Source: an uncultured Acidobacteriota bacterium (GTDB lineage Bacteria > Acidobacteriota > Terriglobia > UBA7540). Taken from it: a stretch of DNA of 64,000 nucleotides. The DNA is taken from contig CAWDSK010000002.1 of NCBI GenBank assembly GCA_963804995.1, positions 32,001-96,000 on the forward strand. Reading direction: 5' to 3'. The notes under the pieces were generated by a model. That model was not told where the DNA came from. It made no database searches and saw only the letters and a list, made by a program, of their open reading frames with translations. The position numbers and the translations under genes are program-made. Numbering within the stretch: the first letter of the stretch is position 1; each line of letters starts with the position of its first letter. Of the stretch, positions 9,005 to 17,877 are shown piece after piece.

Positions 9005-10759
9005 ATGGAATGCGAAAGTTATCTTCATTCAGCTAAGCAATACATCCTGATGATAATTGTGATGGTCGGCACGGCCTTGCCCTCATCTCTTTGGGGCAAA
9101 GATCCCAATGACGTTTCAAAATCCCCCACGGAGAAAACCAGCCCGGCTCCCAGCAACCAACCGAGCGATGAAACGTCAACTTTGAAAGAGCAGCTCGCAC
9201 GGCAGCAGGCCCGGATCGAGCAATTGGAGCGGACACTAGAGACGGTGACGCGACGGCTGGATCAGCTCGTGGGCACCGAGCGGGCCTCCAGCCCCACGCC
9301 ACCTGAGCAGCACCCGGTGGCCAGCACTACCCCGATCGCACCAGTCGAGGTTCTTCGGGCCAAGGAAGGCAGCACGGGGGACCTGGTAGCGTCTGCCGTT
9401 GCTCCACCTGTAATTTCCCCCGCGCCGGTTCGTCCTCAGGCTGAGGCGAGCAAACCCAAGTCCTCTCCCCTATCGTTTCAAATCGGCGATGCGGAGTTTA
9501 CGCCGGGAGGTTTCATGGACTTCACCACGGTCTTCCGGTCCACGAACCTGGGCAGCGGCGTGGCCACGGCCTTCGGCAGCATACCCTACAGCGTCATCGG
9601 GGGAGTGCCAAACCCCGCGGGGCGCATGACGGAGATTCGGTCCCTGGCTCAGAACTCACGAATCAGCCTGAAGATGACTTCCATGGTGGCCGGGTTCAGC
9701 GTCACGGGCTACGTCGAGTCGGACTTTGCCGGCAACAATCCCAGTAGCCTCTTCGTGACCAGCAACTCCAGCACCCTGCGCTTGCGTCATTACTGGGCGC
9801 AATTGGTGCGGGGCAAGTTTGAGTTGCTGGGCGGTCAGGCTTGGACCCTCATGACTCCCGGCCGCACAGGTATTTCCCCGGTGTCCACCGACCTCTTCAT
9901 CTCACAGGTCCAGGATTCGAATTATCAATTAGGCATTACCTGGGGGCGTCAAAGTCAGTTGCGCATGGTCTACCACCCGAGCAAACAATGGGCCATGGCA
10001 CTTTCGATTGAGAATCCCAACCAATACCTGAGCACGGGCGTGGTGCTTCCCAATTCGAGCTTCAACAGCCAGTTTGACATGGCCGGCAATCAGACCACCA
10101 CCCCCAACCTGCGCCCGGACTTCGTTACGAAAGTGGCCTATGACCCGACCTTCAGCGGCAGGCACATGCACGCCGAGCTGGGTGGGATCGTGCGATCGTT
10201 TAGGACCTTCAATCAGGGCAATAATACCTCATCGACGATTACGGGAGGTGGCGTTACGGCCGGCGTGAACATCGAACTGACTAGGGACTTTCGCCTGGTC
10301 GCGAGTGGCCTCTACAGCTCTGGCGGTGGACGGTACATGCTGGGCCTCGGCCCGGATGTTATCGTAAAGCCGGACGGAACGCTGTCTGGCGTACATTCCG
10401 GGGCCGGCGTCACTGGCTTCGAATACCAGGTGAATCCCCAGATCCTGCTCTTCGGGTATTACGGCGGGGCTTACTTCCAACGCAACACGGGCTATACCCT
10501 CGACGCTAAGGGGAATAAGGTCTGGGTCGGGTTCGGCGCGCCCACTACTACCACGACTGAGCTCAATGCGAATCGGGCGGTCCAGGAACCTACTTTCGGA
10601 ATTACCCGCACCTTCTGGAAGAATCCCAGGTATGGATCCTTCCTCTGGGTCAATCAATACTCGTATGTCACCAGGGCTCCGTGGATCGTCCCGTCGGGAT
10701 CGGGAAAGAATGCGCACCTGGGCGTCGTCTATACGGACCTCCGGTACGTGTTGCCCTAA
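9005..10759 (+). CDS. Outer-membrane porin-like protein with N-terminal coiled coil (DcaP-like)
   Basis: Signal peptide, coiled coil LKEQLARQQARIEQLE, Pro-rich linker, beta-barrel motifs QNSRISL, GYVESDF, LRLRHYW, GGQAWTL, C-terminal DLRYVLP. True start may be near 9050. Confidence 0.75.
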   Translation: MECESYLHSAKQYILMIIVMVGTALPSSLWGKDPNDVSKSPTEKTSPAPSNQPSDETSTLKEQLARQQARIEQLERTLETVTRRLDQLVGTERASSPTPPEQHPVASTTPIAPVEVLRAKEGSTGDLVASAVAPPVISPAPVRPQAEASKPKSSPLSFQIGDAEFTPGGFMDFTTVFRSTNLGSGVATAFGSIPYSVIGGVPNPAGRMTEIRSLAQNSRISLKMTSMVAGFSVTGYVESDFAGNNPSSLFVTSNSSTLRLRHYWAQLVRGKFELLGGQAWTLMTPGRTGISPVSTDLFISQVQDSNYQLGITWGRQSQLRMVYHPSKQWAMALSIENPNQYLSTGVVLPNSSFNSQFDMAGNQTTTPNLRPDFVTKVAYDPTFSGRHMHAELGGIVRSFRTFNQGNNTSSTITGGGVTAGVNIELTRDFRLVASGLYSSGGGRYMLGLGPDVIVKPDGTLSGVHSGAGVTGFEYQVNPQILLFGYYGGAYFQRNTGYTLDAKGNKVWVGFGAPTTTTTELNANRAVQEPTFGITRTFWKNPRYGSFLWVNQYSYVTRAPWIVPSGSGKNAHLGVVYTDLRYVLP

Positions 10760-10801
10760 GCGTTGGCCACAGGGGGAAGTGGAGATCGGAGGCGGAGCGG
10801 C

Positions 10802-10962
10802 CGCTGCGCCAAGGACTTCGTTCCCGTCGGCTTACCAGGAAGGTGATCGAACCCCCTGAAAGTGGTAGCGCTGTCAAATCCCAGGTTACCCGCTGAAAGT
10901 CTCCCTATGTTTACGGACGCATCCGCAGGGGGAATCCGAAGTTCTGGGCGAACGATGGCGGA
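10802..10962. repeat. Diverged ~160-bp direct repeat, copy 2
   Basis: Aligns essentially gap-free with 8325-8483 by eye. Confidence 0.75.
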
Positions 10963-11277
10963 CGCCCTCAGTAAATATTGCGGCGTTACTTGAGACCCAT
11001 CTCGCGCTGCAGGCGACAAGCGCGTCTTACCTCAGGAGGGCGGGAACTCTTTGCAGTCCAGGCGGCTCCGGGCGCGAGCGCGGCCGCGCCCAACGCGGCC
11101 GCAACAACGAATTCACGACGCTTCATTCAGTGTACCTCCAGCGGGAACTAGGTAATCGGCGGCACTGGGCTCAATGGTAACACAATGTCCATAGGGGTTC
11201 GATGCGGACGGCATGGCGAGATGGGGGCCAGGCGGCTGACTTGAAGGCGCGCTCCCGCTGGTGAAAGCCCCGGCAGC

Positions 11278-11579
11278 GGTCCGCGCTACACTTGCGGGGA
11301 TGCGAAGCGAGAACCTGACGAAGACCCGCGGACCTGGTGTGTAGCGCGGTCCCCCGACTTTGGGGTCCGCGGCACTTCGTTTGAAACAACCGCAACCCCC
11401 AATACGGGCGGCCGCTTCCCCACGATGCATTTGATGAATTGGCACAGGAAGAACCGCGGACCTCAACCACGGAGGTCCGCGCTACAACTGCAACCCTTGC
11501 GGGGATGCGAAGCGAGAACCTGACGAAGAACCGCGGGCCTGTTTTGTAGCGCGGTCCCCCGACTTTGGGGTCCGCGGCG
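11278..11579. repeat. REP/REPIN (BIME-like) mosaic
   Basis: Several GTAGCGCGG(A/T)CC...GGTCCGCG(CTAC) palindromes; ~83-bp direct repeat at 11291-11373 and 11497-11579. Confidence 0.8.
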
Positions 11580-11609
11580 CGGCCTCAACCAGACATCAAG
11601 GGAAAAGGG

Positions 11610-13460
11610 TCAAGGAGCAGACATTCCCCCGACACAACGAAAGCCACTAATGTGGCAATGGTCACCTGGACTGACCCCGACGCGGTTCGATGCACGGACA
11701 ACCCTGGGAACTAGGTACCAGGACCCTCCACGCACAACGCGAGAGTGCCCACTCTCCGGTCCTGTGGGGTCTTGCAACGGGCTACTTTGGTAATAATTCT
11801 TGTCAAACTTATCGTTCACCCATTCCCAAACACTCCCCAGCATATCGTACAGCCCGAATCCGTTTGCTCGCTTCTGACCCACCGCGTGTATTAATTCCCC
11901 CCCACTGTTCTTGTCGTCCCAAGCAACCTCATCGATTGGCCCGTATCGTGCCTCAGTGCTCCCGGCGCGTGCGGCATATTCCCACTCCGCCTCCGTAGGC
12001 AGCCGCCCTCCTGCCCAACCGCAATAAGCTTGGGCGTCGTCCCATCTGACATCGACTACCGCCATCTGCTCGTGGCTCCAACCCCGATCAAACCAAGGAG
12101 CCTTGGGCATAGTTTTTCCTGTCGTAGCTGCAAAGCGTTTGTATGCCCCAACAGTCACTGGCGTCTGCCCCAGCCAAAAACCCTTCGTGATGGTCACCTG
12201 ATGCGGCGGTTTCTCGTCATCGTAACATTCGGTGTCTCCCGGCGAGCAGCCCATCATGAAAGTGCCGGTCGGTATCCAGACATACTTCAGTCCGTCCTTC
12301 GGGTTAATTCGCGTTGTGTCCGCCAGAGTCGTAGGTTTTGGAACTTCCACCGGAGGCGTTTCGATGTTGACTAACGCGGCCTCAATCGTGCTTGCCTGAC
12401 CCGCGACGACCGTGACGCTCTGCCGGAATTCTTTCTTTCCCGGTGCTGTTATGCGCAGCTCATGCGACCCTGTTATGACCTGGGGGACACTTAGTTGCCC
12501 CCTCGCATTCGTCATGCCGCGCTCGGAATTGTCGAGGAAAACTACCGCACCCGGGGAAGTTTGAACCACGACAGTTCCGGCAGCGTCTGTCAGCACTGCA
12601 TTCACCCTGAATTGCTCACCCGCCAGAACCTGAATGCTTTTCTGGTACTCATTCTTGCCGGGAGCGGAAACCCGCAACTCATGCGAACCTGCGGCGACGT
12701 CAGGGATAGATAACTGTCCGCTGGCGTCTGTCGTGCCTCGGCTGGAACCATCAAGGGATACCGCAGCGCCGGTCGAAGTCAGAACTACCACAATTCCAGC
12801 AAGGTCCTCCAACCGCGCTTCAAGCCTGGAAGTTTGAGGCGGCACCAACGATATCTTCTGCTCAAAATCTCCTTTGCCTTTGAGGGATACCTTCACTGTA
12901 TGGGTGCCGGGTTTTGACTTTATTCCGAACTCCCCTTGTGCGTTGGCGTGCCCTTTTGATTCCCCATCGATAAGAACTTCGGCGTTGGGCGAAGTCATCA
13001 CTAGCAACTCTGCTCTTACCGCAGCACCAGCATCTCTCAAAGCGGCCAAAAGCACTTCTTCTCCGCCCGCCACGTGCAAGGTCTGGAGGTACTCATCGTC
13101 CGGAACAAAATCGATGCCGCGTTGCTGCACCAGCGCCGCCGCCCGCTGGCTGGGCACGTGCCCTGCCACCAGTTCCAGCACCTGGTCGCGGCTAAGGGGC
13201 TTGGGCCGGACGGTGCGCAGCGCCTGGATGACTGTCTCCTGTGCCCCTGCCTTGTGCAGTGCCTGGAGGTAATCGTCCGTCAGGTCGAAGTCAATGCCGA
13301 GTTGCCTGACCTTATCTGCCAGTTCCGCGCTATCCATGCCGGCCTTAACCAGTTCCATCACCTGGTTCTTATTCAGAGGCTTTGCGGCCTCCTGGGGGCG
13401 AGCCGGCAGCCCCGAGGCGGTGAGAAGCAGGAGGAAGGCGGTCAAGAATTTGAGTTTCAT
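11610..13460 (-). CDS. Secreted protein: tandem N-terminal helical domain + 3 PEGA domains + FGE-sulfatase (SUMF1) domain
   Basis: Signal peptide; PEGA-like repeats (SPNAEVLIDG, TGAAVSLDG, SPGAVVFLDN); FMMGCS, RLPTEAEWEYAARAG, GLYDMLGSVWEW, RVVRGGSW, GFRC. Confidence 0.9.
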   Translation of the reverse strand: MKLKFLTAFLLLLTASGLPARPQEAAKPLNKNQVMELVKAGMDSAELADKVRQLGIDFDLTDDYLQALHKAGAQETVIQALRTVRPKPLSRDQVLELVAGHVPSQRAAALVQQRGIDFVPDDEYLQTLHVAGGEEVLLAALRDAGAAVRAELLVMTSPNAEVLIDGESKGHANAQGEFGIKSKPGTHTVKVSLKGKGDFEQKISLVPPQTSRLEARLEDLAGIVVVLTSTGAAVSLDGSSRGTTDASGQLSIPDVAAGSHELRVSAPGKNEYQKSIQVLAGEQFRVNAVLTDAAGTVVVQTSPGAVVFLDNSERGMTNARGQLSVPQVITGSHELRITAPGKKEFRQSVTVVAGQASTIEAALVNIETPPVEVPKPTTLADTTRINPKDGLKYVWIPTGTFMMGCSPGDTECYDDEKPPHQVTITKGFWLGQTPVTVGAYKRFAATTGKTMPKAPWFDRGWSHEQMAVVDVRWDDAQAYCGWAGGRLPTEAEWEYAARAGSTEARYGPIDEVAWDDKNSGGELIHAVGQKRANGFGLYDMLGSVWEWVNDKFDKNYYQSSPLQDPTGPESGHSRVVRGGSWYLVPRVVRASNRVGVSPGDHCHISGFRCVGGMSAP

Positions 13461-13604
13461 AAGGTCCCCTCAGGGCGGATTTGGCGCAAAGCCGCCTATT
13501 GTACGCCTGCGCATCCCAGAGTGCCACACTATCAAATCCCCTCTTAGGGGGATAGAATCTGCCCATAGATTTTTCTCAGTCCGCCGCAGCCTTGCGAGGT
13601 CGCA

Positions 13605-15197
13605 ATGAGGTACCGAAGAACGCTGACCCTTTTCATGTTGACGATAGGGCTGATTTTTACCCTGTCAGCCTGGGCGCATCAGAAGCCTTTTACGCAGGAG
13701 GAGGTCAGCAACATGGTACGCGCCGGGCTGGGAGATGATTCGGGCGCGAAGCTGATCGAGCAGCGCGGGATTGATTTTGCGCCGGTGGAGGACTTTCTCC
13801 AAACCCTCAAGGCCGCAGGCGCGAGCGAGGCATTTCTTCAGGCACTGCGCGCGGCCAAGCCGCCCGAGCCCGTGAGCGCGAAGAAACCGCTAAACCAGGT
13901 GCAGGTCTTCGCCTTACTCGCCGGGCAGGTGCCGAGCCACCGCGTGGCGATGCTGGTGAACGAGCGCGGCGTCGACTTCGAGCCGCAGCAAGACTATCTG
14001 GACGAAGTCCGTCTAGGCGGTGGTGACGACGAATTAATCACCGCGCTGAAGACCGCCAAGGTGACGAAGCCCGCGACCGTTGATCCGGCGGCGGCGGCGC
14101 GACAGGCTCAGGTTCGGCAACACGCAGCGCGTGGAACGGAGCTCAAAAGGAAATTGCAGTATGTGGAGGCTGAAGCGGAATATCGCGAGGCATTGCAGCT
14201 CGACTCTCAAAACGCCGACCTTTACGTAAGCCTGGCTATTGTCCTGATTGAGCAGAAGAAGTGGGACGATGCCGCGTCGGCAGCACGCGAGGCCGTGCGC
14301 CTGAACCCGAATAATGATACGGCGCACGGCAACCTCGGTGTCGCACTCGGGAGGAAGGGCGACGTGGATGGGGAGATCGTGGAGTATCGCGAAGCCCTGC
14401 GCCTGAACCCGAATAATGAAACGGTGCACGAAAACCTCGGCCGTGCGCTTTGGCATAAGGGCGATTGGGAGGGGGCGGCCGCCGAAGATCGTCAAGCACT
14501 ACTCATTAACCCCGGGAGCGAATCTGCACATTACGATCTTGGGGTGACGCTTAGAAGCAAGGGCGATTGGGACGGGGCGATCGCGGAGTTCCGTGAGGCG
14601 CTACGCTTGAACCCGAAGACGGACCCACGCGGGTTGAATGAAAAAGCACACGAAAATCTTGGCTTCGCACTCTATCACAGCGGAGACCTTGATGGCGCGA
14701 TCACGGAATACCGTGAGGTACTACGCCTGAACCCCAAGAATGAGGCGGCGCACATCAACCTGGCCCACGCACTCGGGAACAAGGGCGACTGGGATGGACA
14801 AATCACTGAAGAACGTGAAGCGCTGCGCTTGAACCCAGAGGATTCGAACGAGCACGTCGGCCTCGGCGTTGCACTCGGACAGAAGGGCGACTGGGATGGA
14901 GAGATCGCTGAAGAACGCGAAGCGCTGCGCTTGAACCCCAATAATGCCCTCGCGCATGTCAACCTCGCCGTCGCGCTCGAAACCAAGGGCGATCTTGACG
15001 GTGCGATTGCGCAATTCCGCGAAGCGCTGCGCTTGAACCCCAATAATGCCTTCGCGCACAACGGCCTGGGCTTCCTACTGGAGAGGAAGGGCGACCGGCA
15101 GGGAGCTCTCCAGGAATATCGCTCGGCTACCACGCTCGTCCCCAAGAACGCGATCTTTAAGCAGAATTACGAGCGCCTGTTGCAGCAGATGAACTAA
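13605..15197 (+). CDS. Secreted TPR protein with tandem N-terminal helical domain
   Basis: Signal peptide ending AWA; about 10 34-aa repeats AH.NLG.AL..KGD.DG.I.E.REALRLNP. Confidence 0.92.
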   Translation: MRYRRTLTLFMLTIGLIFTLSAWAHQKPFTQEEVSNMVRAGLGDDSGAKLIEQRGIDFAPVEDFLQTLKAAGASEAFLQALRAAKPPEPVSAKKPLNQVQVFALLAGQVPSHRVAMLVNERGVDFEPQQDYLDEVRLGGGDDELITALKTAKVTKPATVDPAAAARQAQVRQHAARGTELKRKLQYVEAEAEYREALQLDSQNADLYVSLAIVLIEQKKWDDAASAAREAVRLNPNNDTAHGNLGVALGRKGDVDGEIVEYREALRLNPNNETVHENLGRALWHKGDWEGAAAEDRQALLINPGSESAHYDLGVTLRSKGDWDGAIAEFREALRLNPKTDPRGLNEKAHENLGFALYHSGDLDGAITEYREVLRLNPKNEAAHINLAHALGNKGDWDGQITEEREALRLNPEDSNEHVGLGVALGQKGDWDGEIAEEREALRLNPNNALAHVNLAVALETKGDLDGAIAQFREALRLNPNNAFAHNGLGFLLERKGDRQGALQEYRSATTLVPKNAIFKQNYERLLQQMN

Positions 15198-15370
15198 TGA
15201 GGAACAGGGGGCCACGCTCTGGCAGGGGCATTGTCCTCCGAAACCGCCGCCCCGAGAGTTAGTCGCTGCAACGTTGCAGCCCGCATATATACGTTGTGAC
15301 GGGAAGATGAGAGACAAAGGCCCACGAGGCCCCACCAATCGGTGATTTTCGGCAGGCTGGCGCCTGACCC

Positions 15371-17056
15371 TTACGCTTTGTTCAGAACAAGCTCGTGCAC
15401 CTCGTTGTATCCCTTGTAGCGCAGGCGGTACTTATAGCTGCCGGATGCGTATTTTGACGTGTTCCATGCCGCCATGTGGTACCCGGCTTCACAGACGGTG
15501 TTGGAGATCACTTCCAGGTTGTTGCCGCTTGGATCGAGGATCTCTACGAGCACCCATCCTGTTTCCGGGACGCTGAACTCGATGGCCAATTGCGGATTGT
15601 TGGCGTTGGGATAGTGCTGGTTCAGCACGCGCGTCGTGGGCTTGGCGGGAATGCTGAGTTTCTTCTCGCTCACCTTGGTGTAATCGAACGGCTCGTTGCA
15701 GAGATGCCACAGCGGCTCTTTCCCGCGCTGCTGGAGGTAGAAGCTCCGCAACGGCGTGCGGGTGAAGCTCGTGAGCGGACGACGGACCGCCACCCCATCC
15801 TGCCACTCATACACAGGAATATTCATCGGATTCATCACGCCGAGCTTGCCCCGCTCCATCGCAATGTGGAACAACCCGAAATTCCCGGGCTCATGACCGC
15901 CCAGCCAATGGCCCACGATATCGACGAGGTAGGGGTTTTTGCCGAAGATGACGATGTTCGCCATGTAGTCCCAGGCTCTGCCCTGGTAGTTGTTCTCGTT
16001 GCCGAAGGGATTCGGCCCCCAGTTGAAGTCGCCGTCACGCCCGTAGATGCCCTCGATAATATGCAGCCCCATGGGGGACGCGGCATGATTGTCGATAGTC
16101 CGCTGCGCCCACAATTCCATGCACAGGGCCGTGTAAAAATACTGCTCATTTTCATCGCCCTCGACGCGCGGGAAATCCGGAGTATCCCAGCGGGGAATCG
16201 TCCGGGTGTGCCGCTTGAAGTTCGCTTCCACGACTTCACGAACTTTAGGATCGATACACTCCTTATTAATTACGTTCTCAAGCTTCTGCATCGCCTCGAT
16301 ATCGGGCCAGTTGCCGCAGTATTGCTGAAAGGGTGCAGCATGGCTACCCTGCCAGTTCTTGGAGGCGAGGGTCAAACCCATTTCGTGAGCCTTGAATTTC
16401 GCCACATTCAGGTTCCAGGAATCCCGCGCATTGAAGGGCCAAAGGTAAGGGACCTGGGTACTCACCACGCCGCCGGGAACCTCTTTCCAGACAAAGGCCT
16501 CGGCATCCTTCGCATCATCATGTGTGGCAATGGTGTTTTTTACCGGGGCCACCGTTGCACCCACCCGCTGGCCCATCGCCACGTATCCGCGGGGTTCGAT
16601 CACGTCGCCCCCATTGGCATCGCGCGTGTGCATCCTGCGGCCCGCCACGCCCAGTTCCTTCAAGGATTCGAACAGACCCTCGACAAAGAACACGTCGGTG
16701 GCAATGCCCATCGTGTCCTCCAGGGTGAATCCTCTTTTTTTATCGACGGCGTCGTGCGCGGTGAGATTCGGCTTGGCGGCGATGTTGTGGGTCACCGGAA
16801 TGCCGGTGGGGTCCATGGGAACGAATACCGTGCGTCCCAAATCGAGTCCGACCCGCTTGCACGCGGCAGAATTCGTCTTGTAATCCACATGCGTCCGCAG
16901 GATGAAGACCGCTTCCGGGTGCTGCTCCACAAACGGATGCACACCAAAATATCCGGACGGTTTCGACGCGGTGGTAAAAATGGGAGCCCGGCCGATGATG
17001 CCCAGGCTTCCACATAGCAAGGATGAAGACTTAAGAAAATCCCTTCGACCAAACAT
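15371..17056 (-). CDS. Tat-exported DUF362-like protein with C-terminal FlgD-Ig/T9SS-CTD-like domain
   Basis: GRRDFLK twin-arginine motif; [23 protein letters not shown]-terminus [11 protein letters not shown]...[15 protein letters not shown]. Confidence 0.75.
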   Translation of the reverse strand: MFGRRDFLKSSSLLCGSLGIIGRAPIFTTASKPSGYFGVHPFVEQHPEAVFILRTHVDYKTNSAACKRVGLDLGRTVFVPMDPTGIPVTHNIAAKPNLTAHDAVDKKRGFTLEDTMGIATDVFFVEGLFESLKELGVAGRRMHTRDANGGDVIEPRGYVAMGQRVGATVAPVKNTIATHDDAKDAEAFVWKEVPGGVVSTQVPYLWPFNARDSWNLNVAKFKAHEMGLTLASKNWQGSHAAPFQQYCGNWPDIEAMQKLENVINKECIDPKVREVVEANFKRHTRTIPRWDTPDFPRVEGDENEQYFYTALCMELWAQRTIDNHAASPMGLHIIEGIYGRDGDFNWGPNPFGNENNYQGRAWDYMANIVIFGKNPYLVDIVGHWLGGHEPGNFGLFHIAMERGKLGVMNPMNIPVYEWQDGVAVRRPLTSFTRTPLRSFYLQQRGKEPLWHLCNEPFDYTKVSEKKLSIPAKPTTRVLNQHYPNANNPQLAIEFSVPETGWVLVEILDPSGNNLEVISNTVCEAGYHMAAWNTSKYASGSYKYRLRYKGYNEVHELVLNKA

Positions 17057-17174
17057 AGCGATCCTTCCTTTCCAAGGTTACGTCACTCCTCTGGGCGCCA
17101 TGCGATGACTCTGGGGCGTCCCGCTCCGGCGGCACGGTGGCGGCAGTGCCCATCGCTACGCCCGGGCTGGTCAG

Positions 17175-17306
17175 GTGTTCTTCCGGCAGGAATTTCAAGG
17201 CGACGTTGCGCTTGAGCTTTGTGCCCGCGGCCTTGTACACTACGCCCGTGCCACGCCCACGGGGTTTCTCCAGGATGCGGTAGTGCAGAACGATCGTACC
17301 GATCAT
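17175..17306 (-). pseudogene. N-terminal remnant of a Hanks-type Ser/Thr kinase
   Basis: [43 protein letters not shown] matches subdomains I-II only, with a degenerate Gly loop; similarity then stops. Confidence 0.8.
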
Positions 17307-17471
17307 AAGGAGGGACCCACCTTGGAGGTGCATCTTAGGCCGCAGCCACGGGCAAGTCAATGCACAACTACGCAGGGGGTGCGCGACATAAATGTAACGC
17401 TCTGGGCTGGCTCTTTTTTTGTCGCTTATATCCTAACGTATATGATACGTTAGGATAGAGGAGGCCTTAAC

Positions 17472-17877
17472 ATGCCCCAATCCCTTGACGTTCCTGGAGA
17501 ACCAACGGGCGGAGTTGATCCGCCAGATCGCCCAACTGGGTGACCTCCGCAGTGGTTCGATCACCAGCATTACCGCCCGCTGCGGCAAGTCCAACTGTCA
17601 CTGTCATCAGCCCCATCATCCCGGCCACGGCCCTAACTTCCGGCTCACTTACAAGGTGCAGGGCCGGACCGTCAGCGAAACCTTCCCCAGCCCTGCCGCC
17701 CGGCACCAGGCGGAACGACAGATTGCCGAGTTCCGCAGGTTTCAACAACTGCGCCGGGCCTTCGTGGAGGTGAACGAAAAAATCTGCCGTCAGCGCCCCC
17801 TCCCCCAGGAGGCCGAAGCGGCGGAGCAGGAAAAAAAACGGCGGAAGCCATTCAGCGGGAAGTGGCGCGAGAAGTAG
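17472..17877 (+). pseudogene. IS orfA (DUF6788-like Zn-binding), frameshifted by an extra T at 17491/17492
   Basis: Near-identical to intact 19319-19723 (LRSGSI...RCGKSNCHC...HGP) but reads gacgTTcctg versus gacgTcctg; a TTG at 17485 could rescue the frame. Confidence 0.8.

Noticed and set aside
11000..15200. Complete diversity-generating retroelement
   Set aside because: No reverse transcriptase, avd or AAC-rich template repeat found in the window; kept only as a possible remote target
15476..17017. Long antisense ORFs (also 3041-4066, 41562-42935, 49897-50967, 52477-53754 and others)
   Set aside because: Shadow frames of well-supported genes in GC-rich DNA with no recognisable motifs
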